NCBI GenBank assembly: GCA_964016885.1
Contig: OZ024745.1
Coordinates: 2,976,001 to 3,040,000, forward strand
DNA: 64,000 nt
Reading direction: 5' to 3'
DNA from: Eledone cirrhosa
Taxonomy: Eukaryota
The notes below the pieces were generated by a model. That model had not been told where the DNA came from. It saw only the letters and a list, made by a program, of their open reading frames with translations, and did no database searches. Positions 12,597 to 27,800 of this stretch are shown piece after piece. The translations under genes and the position numbers were made by a program. Position 1 is the first letter of the stretch. Every line of letters begins with the position of its first letter.

Positions 12597-15500
12597 GGTC
12601 AACAGAGGTGATTCTGGTGAGACTGAAGACTTGTTATTGAACTGGTCAACAGAGGTGATTCTGGTGAGACTGTAGACATGTTATTTAACTGGTCAACAAA
12701 GGTGATTCTGGTAAGACTGCAGACTTGTTATTGAACTGGTCAGTAGAGGTGATTCTGGTGAGACTGAGGACTTGTTATTGAACTGGTCAACAGAGGTGAT
12801 TCTGGTGAGACTGTAGACTTGTTATTGAACTGGTCAACAGAGGTGATTCTGGTCAGACTGCAGACTTGTTATTTAACTGGTCAACAGAGGTGATTCTGGT
12901 GAGACTGCAGACTTGTTATTGAACTGGTCAGTAGAGGTGATTCTGGTGAGACTGAGGACTTGTTATTGAACTGGTCAACAGAGGTGATTCTGGTGAGACT
13001 GTAGACTTGTTATTGAACTGGTCAACAGAGGTCATTCTGGTGAGACTGCAGACGTGTTATTGAACTGGTCAACAGAGGTGATTCTGGTGAGACTGCAGAC
13101 TTGTTATTGAACTGTTCAACAGAGGTGATTCTGGTGAGACTGTAGACTTGTTATTGAACTGGTCAACAGAGGTGATTCTGGTGAGACTGAAGACTTGTTA
13201 TTGAACTGGTCAGTAGAGGTGGTTCTGGTGAGACTGTAGACTTGCTATTGAACTGGTCAACAGAGGTGATTCTGGTGAGACTGCAGACTTGTTATTGAAC
13301 TGGTCAACAGAGGTGATTCTGGTGAGACTGTAGACTTGTTATTGAACTGGTCAACAGAGGTGATTCTGGTGAGACTGCAGACTTGATATTGAACTGGTCA
13401 ACAGAGGTGATTCTGGTGAGATTGCAGACTGGTTATTGAACTTGTCAGTAGAGGTGATTCTAGTGAGACTGCAGACTTGTTATTGAACAGGTCAACAGAG
13501 GTGATTCTGGTGAGATTGTTGACTTGTTATTGAACTGGTCAACAGAGGTGATTCTGGTGAGACTGCAGACTTGTTATTGAACTGGTCAACACAGCTGATC
13601 CTGTAGAGACTGCAGACTTGTTATTGAACTGGTCAACAGAGGTGATTCTTGTGAGACTGCAGTCTTGTTATTGAACTGGTCAACAGAGGTTATTCTGGTG
13701 AGACTGCAGACATGTTATTGAACTGGTCAACAGATGTACTTCTGGTGAGAGTGCAGACTTGTTATTGAACTGGTCAACAGAGGTGATTCTGGTGAGAGTG
13801 CAGACTTGTTATTGAACTTGTCAGTAGAGGTGATTCTGGTGAGAATGCAGACTTGTTATTGAACTGGTCAACAGAGGTGATTCTGGTGAGATTGCAGACT
13901 GGTTATTGAACTGGTCAGTAGAGGTGATTCTAGTGAGACTGCAGACTTGTTATTGAACAGGTCAACAGAGGTGATTCTGGTGAGATTGTAGACTTGTTAT
14001 TGAACTGGTCAACAGAGGTGATTCTGGTGAGACTGCAGACTTGTTATTGAACTGGTCAACACAGCTGATCCTGGTGAGACTGCAGACTTGTTATTGAACT
14101 GGTCAACAGAGGTGATTCTTGTGAGACTGCAGACTTGTTATTGAACTGGTCAACAGAGGTGATTCTGGTGAGAGTGCAGACTTGTTATTGAACTTGTCAG
14201 TAGAGGTGATTCTGGTGAGACTGCAGACTTGTTATTGAACTGGTCAACAGAGGTGATTCATGTGAGACTGTAGACTTGTTATTGAACTGGTCAACAGAGG
14301 TGATTCTGGTGAGACTGTAGACTTGTTATTGAACTGGTCAACAGAGGTGATTCTGGTGAGACTGTAGTCTTGTTATTGAACTGGTCAACAGAGGTGATTC
14401 TGGTGAGACTGTAGACTTGTTATTGAACTGGTCAACAGAGGTGATTCTGGTGAGACTGAAGACTTGTTATTGAACTGGTCAACAGAGGTGATTCTGGTGA
14501 GACTGTAGACATGTTATTTAACTGGTCAACAAAGGTGATTCTGGTAAGACTGCAGACTTGTTATTGAACTGGTCAGTAGAGGTGATTCTGGTGAGACTGA
14601 GGACTTGTTATTGAACTGGTCAACAGAGGTGATTCTGGTGAGACTGTAGACTTGTTATTGAACTGGTCAACAGAGGTGATTCTGGTCAGACTGCAGACTT
14701 GTTATTTAACTGGTCAACAGAGGTGATTCTGGTGAGACTGCAGACTTGTTATTGAACTGGTCAGTAGAGGTGATTCTGGTGAGACTGAGGACTTGTTATT
14801 GAACTGGTCAACAGAGGTGATTCTGGTGAGACTGTAGACTTGTTATTGAACTGGTCAACAGAGGTCATTCTGGTGAGACTGCAGACGTGTTATTGAACTG
14901 GTCAACAGAGGTGATTCTGGTGAGACTGCAGACTTGTTATTGAACTGTTCAACAGAGGTGATTCTGGTGAGACTGTAGACTTGTTATTGAACTGGTCAAC
15001 AGAGGTGATTCTGGTGAGACTGAAGACTTGTTATTGAACTGGTCAGTAGAGGTGGTTCTGGTGAGACTGTAGACTTGCTATTGAACTGGTCAACAGAGGT
15101 GATTCTGGTGAGACTGCAGACTTGTTATTGAACTGGTCAACAGAGGTGATTCTGGTGAGACTGTAGACTTGTTATTGAACTGGTCAACAGAGGTGATTCT
15201 GGTGAGACTGCAGACTTGATATTGAACTGGTCAACAGAGGTGATTCTGGTGAGATTGCAGACTGGTTATTGAACTGGTCAGTAGAGGTGATTCTAGTGAG
15301 ACTGCAGACTTGTTATTGAACAGGTCAACAGAGGTGATTCTGGTGAGATTGTAGACTTGTTATTGAACTGGTCAACAGAGGTGATTCTGGTGAGACTGCA
15401 GACTTGTTATTGAACTGGTCAACACAGCTGATCCTGTAGAGACTGCAGACTTGTTATTGAACTGGTCAACAGAGGTGATTCTTGTGAGACTGCAGTCTTG

Positions 15501-18500
15501 TTATTGAACTGGTCAACAGAGGTTATTCTGGTGAGACTGCAGACATGTTATTGAACTGGTCAACAGATGTACTTCTGGTGAGAGTGCAGACTTGTTATTG
15601 AACTGGTCAACAGAGGTGATTCTGGTGAGAGTGCAGACTTGTTATTGAACTTGTCAGTAGAGGTGATTCTGGTGAGACTGCAGACTTGTTATTGAACTGG
15701 TCAACAGAGGTGATTCTGGTGAGACTGTAGACTTGTTATTGAACTGGTCAACAGAGGTGATTCTCGTGAGACTGCAGACTTGTTATTGAACTGGTCAACA
15801 GAGGTGATTCTGGTGAGACTGCAGACTTGTTATTGAACTGGTCAACAGAGGTGATTCATGTGAGACTGTAGACTTGTTATTGAACTGGTCAACAGAGGTG
15901 ATTCTGGTGAGACTATAGACTTGTTATTGAACTGGTCAACAGAGGTGATTCTGGTGAGACTGTAGTCTTGTTATTGAACTGGTCAACAGAGGTGATTCTG
16001 GTGAGACTGTAGACTTGTTATTGAACTGGTCAACAGAGGTGATTCTGGTGAGACTGAAGACTTGTTATGGAACTGGTCAACAGAGGTGATTCTGGTGAGA
16101 CTGTAGACTTGTTATTTAACTGGTCAACAAAGGTGATTCTGGTAAGATTGCAGACTTGTTATTGAACTGGTCAGTAGAGGTGATTCTGGTGAGACTGAGG
16201 ACTTGTTATTGAACTGGTCAACAGAGGTGATTCTGGTGAGACTGTAGACTTGTTATTGAACTGGTCAACAGAGGTGATTCTGGTCAGACTGCAGACTTGT
16301 TATTTAACTGGTCAACAGAGGTGATTCTGGTGGGACTGCAGACTTGTTATTGAACTGGTCAGTAGAGGTGATTCTGGTGAGACTGAGGACTTGTTATTGA
16401 ACTGGTCAACAGAGGTGATTCTGGTGAGACTGTAGACTTCTTATTGAACTGGTCAACAGAGGTGATTCTGGTGAGATTGCAGGCTGGTTATTGAACTGGT
16501 CAGTAGAGGTGATTCTCGTGTGACTGCAGACTTGTTATTGAACTGGTCAACAGAGGTGATTCTGGTGAGACTGTAGACTTGTTATTGAACTGGTCAACAG
16601 AGGTGATTCTGGTGAGACTGCAGACTTGTTATTGAACTGGTCAACACAGCTGATCCTGGTGAGACTGCAGACTTGTTATTGAACTGGTCAACAGAGGTGA
16701 TTCTGGTGAGACTGCAGACTTGTTATTGAACTGGTCAACAGAGGTGATTCTGGTGAGACTGCAGACTTGTTATTGAACTGGTCAACAGAGGTGATTCTGG
16801 TGAGACTGTAGACTTGTTATTGAACTGGTCAACAGAGGTGATTCTGTTGAGACTGTAGACTTGTTATTGAACTGGTCAACAGAGGTGATTCTGGTGAGAC
16901 TGAAGACTTGTTATTGAACTGGTCAACAGAGGTGATTCTGGTGAGACTGAAGACTTGTTATTGAACTGGTCAACAGAGGTGATTCTGGTGAGACTGTAGA
17001 CATGTTATTGAACTGGTCAACAGAGGTGATTCTGGTCAGACTGCAGACTTGTTATTTAACTGGTCAACAGAGGTGATTCTGGTGAGACTGCAGACTTGTT
17101 ATTGAACTGGTCAGTAGAGGTGATTCTGGTGAGACTGAGGACTTGTTATTGAACTGGTCAACAGAGGTGATTCTGGTGAGACTATAGACTTGTTATTGAA
17201 CTGGTCAACAGAGGTGATTCTGTTGATACTGCAGACTTGTTATTGAACTGGTCAACAGAGGTGATTCTGGTGAGACTGCAGACTTGTTATTGAACTGGTC
17301 AACAGAGGTGATTCTGGTGAGACTGTAGACTTGTTATTGAACTGGTCAACGGAGGTGATTCTGGTGACACTGAAGACTTGTTATTGAACTGGTCAGTAGA
17401 GGTGGTTCTGGTGAGACTGTAGACTTGCTATTGAACTGGTCAACAGAGGTGATTCTGGTGAGACTGCAGACTTGTTATTGAACTGGTCAACAGAGGTGAT
17501 TCTGGTGAGACTGTAGACTTGTTATTGAACTGGTCAACAGAGGTGATTCTGGTGAGGTTGCAGACTTGTTATTGAACTGGTCAACAGAGGTGATTCTGGT
17601 GAGATTGCAGACTGGTTATTGAACTGGTCAGTAGAGGTGATTCTAGTGAGACTGCAGACTTGTTATTGAACAGGTCAACAGAGGTGATTCTGGTGAGATT
17701 GTAGACTTGTTATTGAACTGGTCAACAGAGGTGATTCTGGTGAGACTGCAGACTTGTTATTGAACTGGTCAACACAGCTGATCCTGGTGAGACTGCAGAC
17801 TTGTTATTGAACTGGTCAACAGAGGTGATTCTTGTGAGACTGCAGACTTGTTATTGAACTGGTCAACAGAGGTGATTCTGGTGAGAGTGCAGACTTGTTA
17901 TTGAACTTGTCAGTAGAGGTGATTCTGGTGAGACTGCAGACTTGTTATTGAACTGGTCAACAGAGGTGATTCATGTGAGACTGTAGACTTGTTATTGAAC
18001 TGGTCAACAGAGGTGATTCTGGTGAGACTGTAGACTTGTTATTGAACTGGTCAACAGAGGTGATTCTGGTGAGACTGTAGTCTTGTTATTGAACTGGTCA
18101 ACAGAGGTGATTCTGGTGAGACTGTAGACTTGTTATTGAACTGGTCAACAGAGGTGATTCTCGTGAGACTGCAGACTTGTTATTGAACTGGTCAACAGAG
18201 GTGATTCTGGTGAGACTGCAGACTTGTTATTGAACTGGTCAACAGAGGTGATTCATGTGAGACTGTAGACTTGTTATTGAACTGGTCAACAGAGGTGATT
18301 CTGGTGAGACTGTAGACTTGTTATTGAACTGGTCAACAGAGGTGATTCTGGTGAGACTGTAGACTTGTTATTTAACTGGTCAACAAAGGTGATTCTGGTA
18401 AGACTGCAGACTTGTTATTGAACTGGTCAGTAGAGGTGATTCTGGTGAGACTGAGGACTTGTTATTGAACTGGTCAACAGAGGTGATTCTGGTGAGACTG

Positions 18501-20445
18501 TAGACTTGTTATTGAACTGGTCAACAGAGGTGATTCTGGTCAGACTGCAGACTTGTTATTTAACTGGTCAACAGAGGTGATTCTGGTGGGACTGCAGACT
18601 TGTTATTGAACTGGTCAGTAGAGGTGATTCTGGTGAGACTGAGGACTTGTTATTGAACTGGTCAACAGAGGTGATTCTGGTGAGACTGTAGACTTCTTAT
18701 TGAACTGGTCAACAGAGGTGATTCTGGTGAGATTGCAGGCTGGTTATTGAACTGGTCAGTAGAGGTGATTCTCGTGTGACTGCAGACTTGTTATTGAACT
18801 GGTCAACAGAGGTGATTCTGGTGAGACTGTAGACTTGTTATTGAACTGGTCAACAGAGGTGATTCTGGTGAGACTGCAGACTTGTTATTGAACTGGTCAA
18901 CACAGCTGATCCTGGTGAGACTGCAGACTTGTTATTGAACTGGTCAACAGAGGTGATTCTGGTGAGACTGCAGACTTGTTATTGAACTGGTCAACAGAGG
19001 TGATTCTGGTGAGACTGCAGACTTGTTATTGAACTGGTCAACAGAGGTGATTCTGGTGAGACTGTAGACTTGTTATTGAACTGGTCAACAGAGGTGATTC
19101 TGTTGAGACTGTAGACTTGTTATTGAACTGGTCAACAGAGGTGATTCTGGTGAGACTGAAGACTTGTTATTGAACTGGTCAACAGAGGTGATTCTGGTGA
19201 GACTGAAGACTTGTTATTGAACTGGTCAACAGAGGTGATTCTGGTGAGACTGTAGACATGTTATTGAACTGGTCAACAGAGGTGATTCTGGTCAGACTGC
19301 AGACTTGTTATTTAACTGGTCAACAGAGGTGATTCTGGTGAGACTGCAGACTTGTTATTGAACTGGTCAGTAGAGGTGATTCTGGTGAGACTGAGGACTT
19401 GTTATTGAACTGGTCAACAGAGGTGATTCTGGTGAGACTATAGACTTGTTATTGAACTGGTCAACAGAGGTGATTCTGTTGAGACTGCAGACTTGTTATT
19501 GAACTGGTCAACAGAGGTGATTCTGGTGAGACTGCAGACTTGTTATTGAACTGGTCAACAGAGGTGATTCTGGTGAGACTGTAGACTTGTTATTGAACTG
19601 GTCAACGGAGGTGATTCTGGTGACACTGAAGACTTGTTATTGAACTGGTCAGTAGAGGTGGTTCTGGTGAGACTGTAGACTTGCTATTGAACTGGTCAAC
19701 AGAGGTGATTCTGGTGAGACTGCAGACTTGTTATTGAACTGGTCAACAGAGGTGATTCTGGTGAGACTGTAGACTTGTTATTGAACTGGTCAACAGAGGT
19801 GATTCTGGTGAGGTTGCAGACTTGTTATTGAACTGGTCAACAGAGGTGATTCTGGTGAGATTGCAGACTGGTTATTGAACTGGTCAGTAGAGGTGATTCT
19901 AGTGAGACTGCAGACTTGTTATTGAACAGGTCAACAGAGGTGATTCTGGTGAGATTGTAGACTTGTTATTGAACTGGTCAACAGAGGTGATTCTGGTGAG
20001 ACTGCAGACTTGTTATTGAACTGGTCAACACAGCTGATCCTGGTGAGACTGCAGACTTGTTATTGAACTGGTCAACAGAGGTGATTCTTGTGAGACTGCA
20101 GACTTGTTATTGAACTGGTCAACAGAGGTGATTCTGGTGAGAGTGCAGACTTGTTATTGAACTTGTCAGTAGAGGTGATTCTGGTGAGACTGCAGACTTG
20201 TTATTGAACTGGTCAACAGAGGTGATTCATGTGAGACTGTAGACTTGTTATTGAACTGGTCAACAGAGGTGATTCTGGTGAGACTGTAGACTTGTTATTG
20301 AACTGGTCAACAGAGGTGATTCTGGTGAGACTGTAGTCTTGTTATTGAACTGGTCAACAGAGGTGATTCTGGTGAGACTGTAGACTTGTTATTGAACTGG
20401 TCAACAGAGGTGATTCTGGTGAGACTGCAGACTTGTTATTGAACT

Positions 20446-23400
20446 GGTCAACAGAGGTGATTCTGGTGAGACTGCAGACTTGTTATTGAACTGGTCAACA
20501 GAGGTGATTCATGTGAGACTGTAGACTTGTTATTGAACTGGTCAACAGAGGTGATTCTGGTGAGACTATAGACTTGTTATTGAACTGGTCAACAGAGGTG
20601 ATTCTGGTGAGACTGTAGTCTTGTTATTGAACTGGTCAACAGAGGTGATTCTGGTGAGACTGTAGACTTGTTATTGAACTGGTCAACAGAGGTGATTCTG
20701 GTGAGACTGAAGACTTGTTATGGAACTGGTCAACAGAGGTGATTCTGGTGAGACTGTAGACTTGTTATTTAACTGGTCAACAAAGGTGATTCTGGTAAGA
20801 CTGCAGACTTGTTATTGAACTGGTCAGTAGAGGTGATTCTGGTGAGACTGAGGACTTGTTATTGAACTGGTCAACAGAGGTGATTCTGGTGAGACTGTAG
20901 ACTTGTTATTGAACTGGTCAACAGAGGTGATTCTGGTCAGACTGCAGACTTGTTATTTAACTGGTCAACAGAGGTGATTCTGGTGGGACTGCAGACTTGT
21001 TATTGAACTGGTCAGTAGAGGTGATTCTGGTGAGACTGAGGACTTGTTATTGAACTGGTCAACAGAGGTGATTCTGGTGAGACTGTAGACTTCTTATTGA
21101 ACTGGTCAACAGAGGTGATTCTGGTGAGATTGCAGGCTGGTTATTGAACTGGTCAGTAGAGGTGATTCTCGTGTGACTGCAGACTTGTTATTGAACTGGT
21201 CAACAGAGGTGATTCTGGTGAGACTGTAGACTTGTTATTGAACTGGTCAACAGAGGTGATTCTGGTGAGACTGCAGACTTGTTATTGAACTGGTCAACAC
21301 AGCTGATCCTGGTGAGACTGCAGACTTGTTATTGAACTGGTCAACAGAGGTGATTCTGGTGAGACTGCAGACTTGTTATTGAACTGGTCAACAGAGGTGA
21401 TTCTGGTGAGACTGCAGACTTGTTATTGAACTGGTCAACAGAGGTGATTCTGGTGAGACTGTAGACTTGTTATTGAACTGGTCAACAGAGGTGATTCTGT
21501 TGAGACTGTAGACTTGTTATTGAACTGGTCAACAGAGGTGATTCTGGTGAGACTGAAGACTTGTTATTGAACTGGTCAACAGAGGTGATTCTGGTGAGAC
21601 TGAAGACTTGTTATTGAACTGGTCAACAGAGGTGATTCTGGTGAGACTGTAGACATGTTATTGAACTGGTCAACAGAGGTGATTCTGGTCAGACTGCAGA
21701 CTTGTTATTTAACTGGTCAACAGAGGTGATTCTGGTGAGACTGCAGACTTGTTATTGAACTGGTCAGTAGAGGTGATTCTGGTGAGACTGAGGACTTGTT
21801 ATTGAACTGGTCAACAGAGGTGATTCTGGTGAGACTGTAGACTTGTTATTGAACTGGTCAACAGAGGTGATTCTGTTGAGACTGCAGACTTGTTATTGAA
21901 CTGGTCAACAGAGGTGATTCTGGTGAGACTGCAGACTTGTTATTGAACTGGTCAACAGAGGTGATTCTGGTGAGACTGTAGACTTGTTATTGAACTGGTC
22001 AACGGAGGTGATTCTGGTGACACTGAAGACTTGTTATTGAACTGGTCAGTAGAGGTGGTTCTGGTGAGACTGTAGACTTGCTATTGAACTGGTCAACAGA
22101 GGTGATTCTGGTGAGACTGCAGACTTGTTATTGAACTGGTCAACAGAGGTGATTCTGGTGAGACTGTAGACTTGTTATTGAACTGGTCAACAGAGGTGAT
22201 TCTGGTGAGACTGCAGACTTGTTATTGAACTGGTCAACAGAGGTGATTCTGGTGAGATTGCAGACTGGTTATTGAACTGGTCAGTAGAGGTGATTCTAGT
22301 GAGACTGCAGACTTGTTATTGAACAGGTCAACAGAGGTGATTCTGGTGAGATTGTAGACTTGTTATTGAACTGGTCAACAGAGGTGATTCTGGTGAGACT
22401 GCAGACTTGTTATTGAACTGGTCAACACAGCTGATCCTGGTGAGACTGCAGACTTGTTATTGAACTGGTCAACAGAGGTGATTCTTGTGAGACTGCAGAC
22501 TTGTTATTGAACTGGTCAACAGAGGTGATTCTGGTGAGAGTGCAGACTTGTTATTGAACTTGTCAGTAGAGGTGATTCTGGTGAGACTGCAGACTTGTTA
22601 TTGAACTGGTCAACAGAGGTGATTCATGTGAGACTGTAGACTTGTTATTGAACTGGTCAACAGAGGTGATTCTGGTGAGACTGTAGACTTGTTATTGAAC
22701 TGGTCAACAGAGGTGATTCTGGTGAGACTGTAGTCTTGTTATTGAACTGGTCAACAGAGGTGATTCTGGTGAGACTGTAGACTTGTTATTGAACTGGTCA
22801 ACAGAGGTGATTCTGGTGAGACTGAAGACTTGTTATTGAACTGGTCAACAGAGGTGATTCTGGTGAGACTGTAGACATGTTATTTAACTGGTCAACAAAG
22901 GTGATTCTGGTAAGACTGCAGACTTGTTATTGAACTGGTCAGTAGAGGTGATTCTGGTGAGACTGAGGACTTGTTATTGAACTGGTCAACAGAGGTGATT
23001 CTGGTGAGACTGTAGACTTGTTATTGAACTGGTCAACAGAGGTGATTCTGGTCAGACTGCAGACTTGTTATTTAACTGGTCAACAGAGGTGATTCTGGTG
23101 AGACTGCAGACTTGTTATTGAACTGGTCAGTAGAGGTGATTCTGGTGAGACTGAGGACTTGTTATTGAACTGGTCAACAGAGGTGATTCTGGTGAGACTG
23201 TAGACTTGTTATTGAACTGGTCAACAGAGGTCATTCTGGTGAGACTGCAGACGTGTTATTGAACTGGTCAACAGAGGTGATTCTGGTGAGACTGCAGACT
23301 TGTTATTGAACTGTTCAACAGAGGTGATTCTGGTGAGACTGTAGACTTGTTATTGAACTGGTCAACAGAGGTGATTCTGGTGAGACTGAAGACTTGTTAT

Positions 23401-23570
23401 TGAACTGGTCAGTAGAGGTGGTTCTGGTGAGACTGTAGACTTGCTATTGAACTGGTCAACAGAGGTGATTCTGGTGAGACTGCAGACTTGTTATTGAACT
23501 GGTCAACAGAGGTGATTCTGGTGAGACTGTAGACTTGTTATTGAACTGGTCAACAGAGGTGATTCTGGTG
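20446..23570. repeat. ~3.1 kb block copy of ~10247-13370 (offset 10199 bp = 217 monomers); ends approximate
   Basis: Markers at offset 10199: TTATGGAAC 10521/20720, AACGGAG 11805/22004, GTAAG 12713/22912, GTCATT 13033/23232. Confidence 0.85.
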
Positions 23571-24899
23571 AGATTGCAGACTGGTTATTGAACTGGTCAG
23601 TAGAGGTGATTCTAGTGAGACTGCAGACTTGTTATTGAACAGGTCAACACAGGTGATTCTGGTGAGATTGTAGACTTGTTATTGAACTGGTCAACAGAGG
23701 TGATTCTGGTGAGACTGCAGACTTGTTATTGAACTGGTCAACACAGCTGATCCTGTAGAGACTGCAGACTTGTTATTGAACTGGTCAACAGAGGTGATTC
23801 TTGTGAGACTGCAGTCTTGTTATTGAACTGGTCAACAGAGGTTATTCTGGTGAGACTGCAGACATGTTATTGAACTGGTCAACAGATGTACTTCTGGTGA
23901 GAGTGCAGACTTGTTATTGAACTGGTCAACAGAGGTGATTCTGGTGAGAGTGCAGACTTGTTATTGAACTTGTCAGTAGAGGTGATTCTGGTGAGACTGC
24001 AGACTTGTTATTGAACTGGTCAACAGAGGTGATTCTGGTGAGACTGTAGACTTGTTATTGAACTGGTCAACAGAGGTGATTCTCGTGAGACTGCAGACTT
24101 GTTATTGAACTGGTCAACAGAGGTGATTCTGGTGAGACTGCAGACTTGTTATTGAACTGGTCAACAGAGGTGATTCATGTGAGACTGTAGACTTGTTATT
24201 GAACTGGTCAACATAGGTGATTCTGGTGAGACTATAGACTTGTTATTGAACTGGTCAACAGAGGTGATTCTGGTGAGACTGTAGTCTTGTTATTGAACTG
24301 GTCAACAGAGGTGATTCTGGTGAGACTGTAGACTTGTTATTGAACTGGTCAACAGAGGTGATTCTGGTGAGACTGAAGACTTGTTATTGAACTGGTCAAC
24401 AGAGGTGATTCTGGTGAGACTGTAGACTTGTTATTTAACTGGTCAACAAAGGTGATTCTGGTAAGACTGCAGACTTGTTATTGAACTGGTCAGTAGAGGT
24501 GATTCTGGTGAGACTGAGGACTTGTTATTGAACTGGTCAACAGAGGTGATTCTGGTGAGACTGTAGACTTGTTATTGAACTGGTCAACAGAGGTGATTCT
24601 GGTCAGACTGCAGACTTGTTATTTAACTGGTCAACAGAGGTGATTCTGGTGAGATTGCAGGCTGGTTATTGAACTGGTCAGTAGAGGTGATTCTCGTGTG
24701 ACTGCAGACTTGTTATTGAACTGGTCAACAGAGGTGATTCTGGTGAGACTGTAGACTTGTTATTGAACTGGTCAACAGAGGTGATTCTGGTGAGACTGCA
24801 GACTTGTTATTGAACTGGTCAACACAGCTGATCCTGGTGAGACTGCAGACTTGTTATTGAACTGGTCAGTAGAGGTGATTCTGGTGAGACTGAGGACTT

Positions 24900-27800
24900 G
24901 TTATTGAACTGGTCAACAGAGGTGATTCTGGTGAGACTGTAGACTTCTTATTGAACTGGTCAACAGAGGTGATTCTGGTGAGATTGCAGGCTGGTTATTG
25001 AACTGGTCAGTAGAGGTGATTCTCGTGTGACTGCAGACTTGTTATTGAACTGGTCAACAGAGGTGATTCTGGTGAGACTGTAGACTTGTTATTGAACTGG
25101 TCAACAGAGGTGATTCTGGTGAGACTGCAGACTTGTTATTGAACTGGTCAACACAGCTGATCCTGGTGAGACTGCAGACTTGTTATTGAACTGGTCAACA
25201 GAGGTGATTCTGGTGAGACTGCAGACTTGTTATTGAACTGGTCAACAGAGGTGATTCTGATGAGACTGCAGACTTGTTATTGAACTGGTCAACAGAGGTG
25301 ATTCTGGTGAGACTGTAGACTTGTTATTGAACTGGTCAACAGAGGTGATTCTGTTGAGACTGTAGACTTGTTATTGAACTGGTCAACAGAGGTGATTCTG
25401 GTGAGACTGAAGCCTTGTTATTGAACTGGTCAACAGAGGTGATTCTGGTGAGACTGAAGACTTGTTATTGAACTGGTCAACAGAGGTGATTCTGGTGAGA
25501 CTGTAGACTTGTTATTGGACTGGTCAACACAGCTGATCCTGGTGAGACTGCAGACTGGTTATTGAACTGGTCAACAGAGGTGCTTCTGGTAGGACTGCAG
25601 ACTTGTTATTGAACTGGTCAACAGAGGTGATTCTGGTGAGACTGTAGACTTGTTATTTAACTGGTCAACAGAGGTGATTCTGGTGAGACTGCAGACTTGT
25701 TATTGAACTGGTTAACAGATGTACTTCTGGTGAGACTGCAGACTTGTTATTGAACTGGTCAACAGAGGTGATTCTGGTGAGACTGCAGACTGGTTATTGA
25801 ACTGGTCAACAGAGGTGATTCTGGTGAGACTGCAGACTTGTTATTGAACTGGTCAACAGAGGTGATTCTTGTGAGACTGCAGACTTGTTATTGAACTGGT
25901 CAACAGAGGTGATTCTTGTGAGACTGCAGACATGTTATTGAACTGGTCAACAGAGGTGATTCTTGTGAGACTGCAGACTTGTTATTGAACTGGTCAACAG
26001 ATGTACTTCTGGTGAGGCTGCAGACTTGTTATTGAACTGGTCAACAGAGGTGATTCTGGTGAGACTGTAGACTTGTTATTGAACTGGTCAACAGAGGTGA
26101 TTCTGGTGAGAGTGCAGACTTGTTATTGAACTGGTCAGTAGAGGTGATTCTGGTGAGACTGCAGACTTGTTATTGAACTGGTCAACAGAGGTGATTCTGG
26201 TGAGAATGTAGACATGTTATTGAACTGGTCAACAGAGGTGATTCTGGTGAGACTGAAGACTTGTTATTGAACTGGTCAACAGAGGTGATTCTGGTGAGAC
26301 TGTAGACTTGTTATTGAACTGGTCAACACAGCTGATCCTGGTGAGACTGTAGACTGGTTATTGAACTGGTCAACAGAGGTGATTCTGGTGAGACTGCAGA
26401 CTTGTTATTGAACTGGTCAACAGAGGTGATTCTGGTGAGACTGTAGACTTGTTATTTAACTGGTCAACAAAGGTGATTCTGGTGAGACTGTAGACTTGTT
26501 ATTGAACTGGTCAGTAGAGGTGATTCTGGTGAGACTGAGGACTTGTTATTGAACTGGTCAACAGAGGTCATTCTGGTGAGACTGTAGACATGTTATTGAA
26601 CTGGTCAACAGAGGTGATTCTGGTCAGACTGCAGATTTGTTATTTAACTGGTCAACAGAGGTGATTCTGGTGAGACTGCAGACTTGTTATTGAACTGGTC
26701 AGTAGAGGTGATTCTGGTGAGACTGAGGACTTGTTATTGAACTGGTCAACAGAGGTGATTCTGGTGAGACTGTAGACTTGTTATTGAACTGGTCAACAGA
26801 GGTGATTCTGGTGAGACTGCAGACTTGTTATTGAACTGGTCAACAGAGGTGATTCTGGTGAGATTGCAGACTTGTTATTGAACTGGTCAGTAGAGGTGAT
26901 TCTAGTGAGACTGCAGACTTGTTATTGAACAGGTCAACAGAGGTGATTCTGGTGAGACTGCAAACTTGTTATTGAACTGGTCAACACAGCTGATCCTGTA
27001 GAGACTGCAGACTTGTTATTGAACTGGTCAACAGAGGTGATTCTTGTGAGACTGCAGTCTTGTTATTGAACTGGTCAACAGAGGTTATTCGGGTGAGACT
27101 GCAGACATGTTATTGAACTGGTCAACAGATGTACTTCTGGTGAGAGTGCAGACTTGTTATTGAACTGGTCAACAGAGGTGATTCTGGTGAGAGTGCAGAC
27201 TTGTTATTGAACTTGTCAGTAGTGGTGATTCTGGTGAGACTGCAGACTTGTTATAGAACTGGTCAACAGAGGTGATTCTGGTGAGACTGTAGACTTGTTA
27301 TTGAACTGGTCAACAGAGGTGATTCTGGTGAGACTGTAGTCTTGTTATTGAACTGGTCAACATAGGTGATTCTGGTGAGACTGTAGACTTGTTATTGAAC
27401 TGGTCAACAGAGGTAATTCTGGTGAGACTGTAGTCTTGTTATTGAACTGGTCAACAGAGGTGATTCTGGTGTGACTGTAGACTTGTTATTGAACTGGTCA
27501 ACAGAGGTGATTCTGGTGAGACTGAAGACTTGTTATTGAACTGGTCAACAGAGGTGATTCTGGTGAGACTGCAGACTTGTTATTTAACTGGTCAACAAAG
27601 GTGATTCTGGTAAGACTGCAGACTTGTTATTGAACTGGTCAGTAGAGGTGATTCTGGTGAGACTGAGGACTTGTTATTGAACTGGTCAACAGAGGTGATT
27701 CTGGTGAGACTGTAGACTTGTTATTGAACTGGTCAACAGAGGTGATTCTGGTCAGACTGCAGACTTGTTATTTAACTGGTCAACAGAGGTGATTCTGGTG

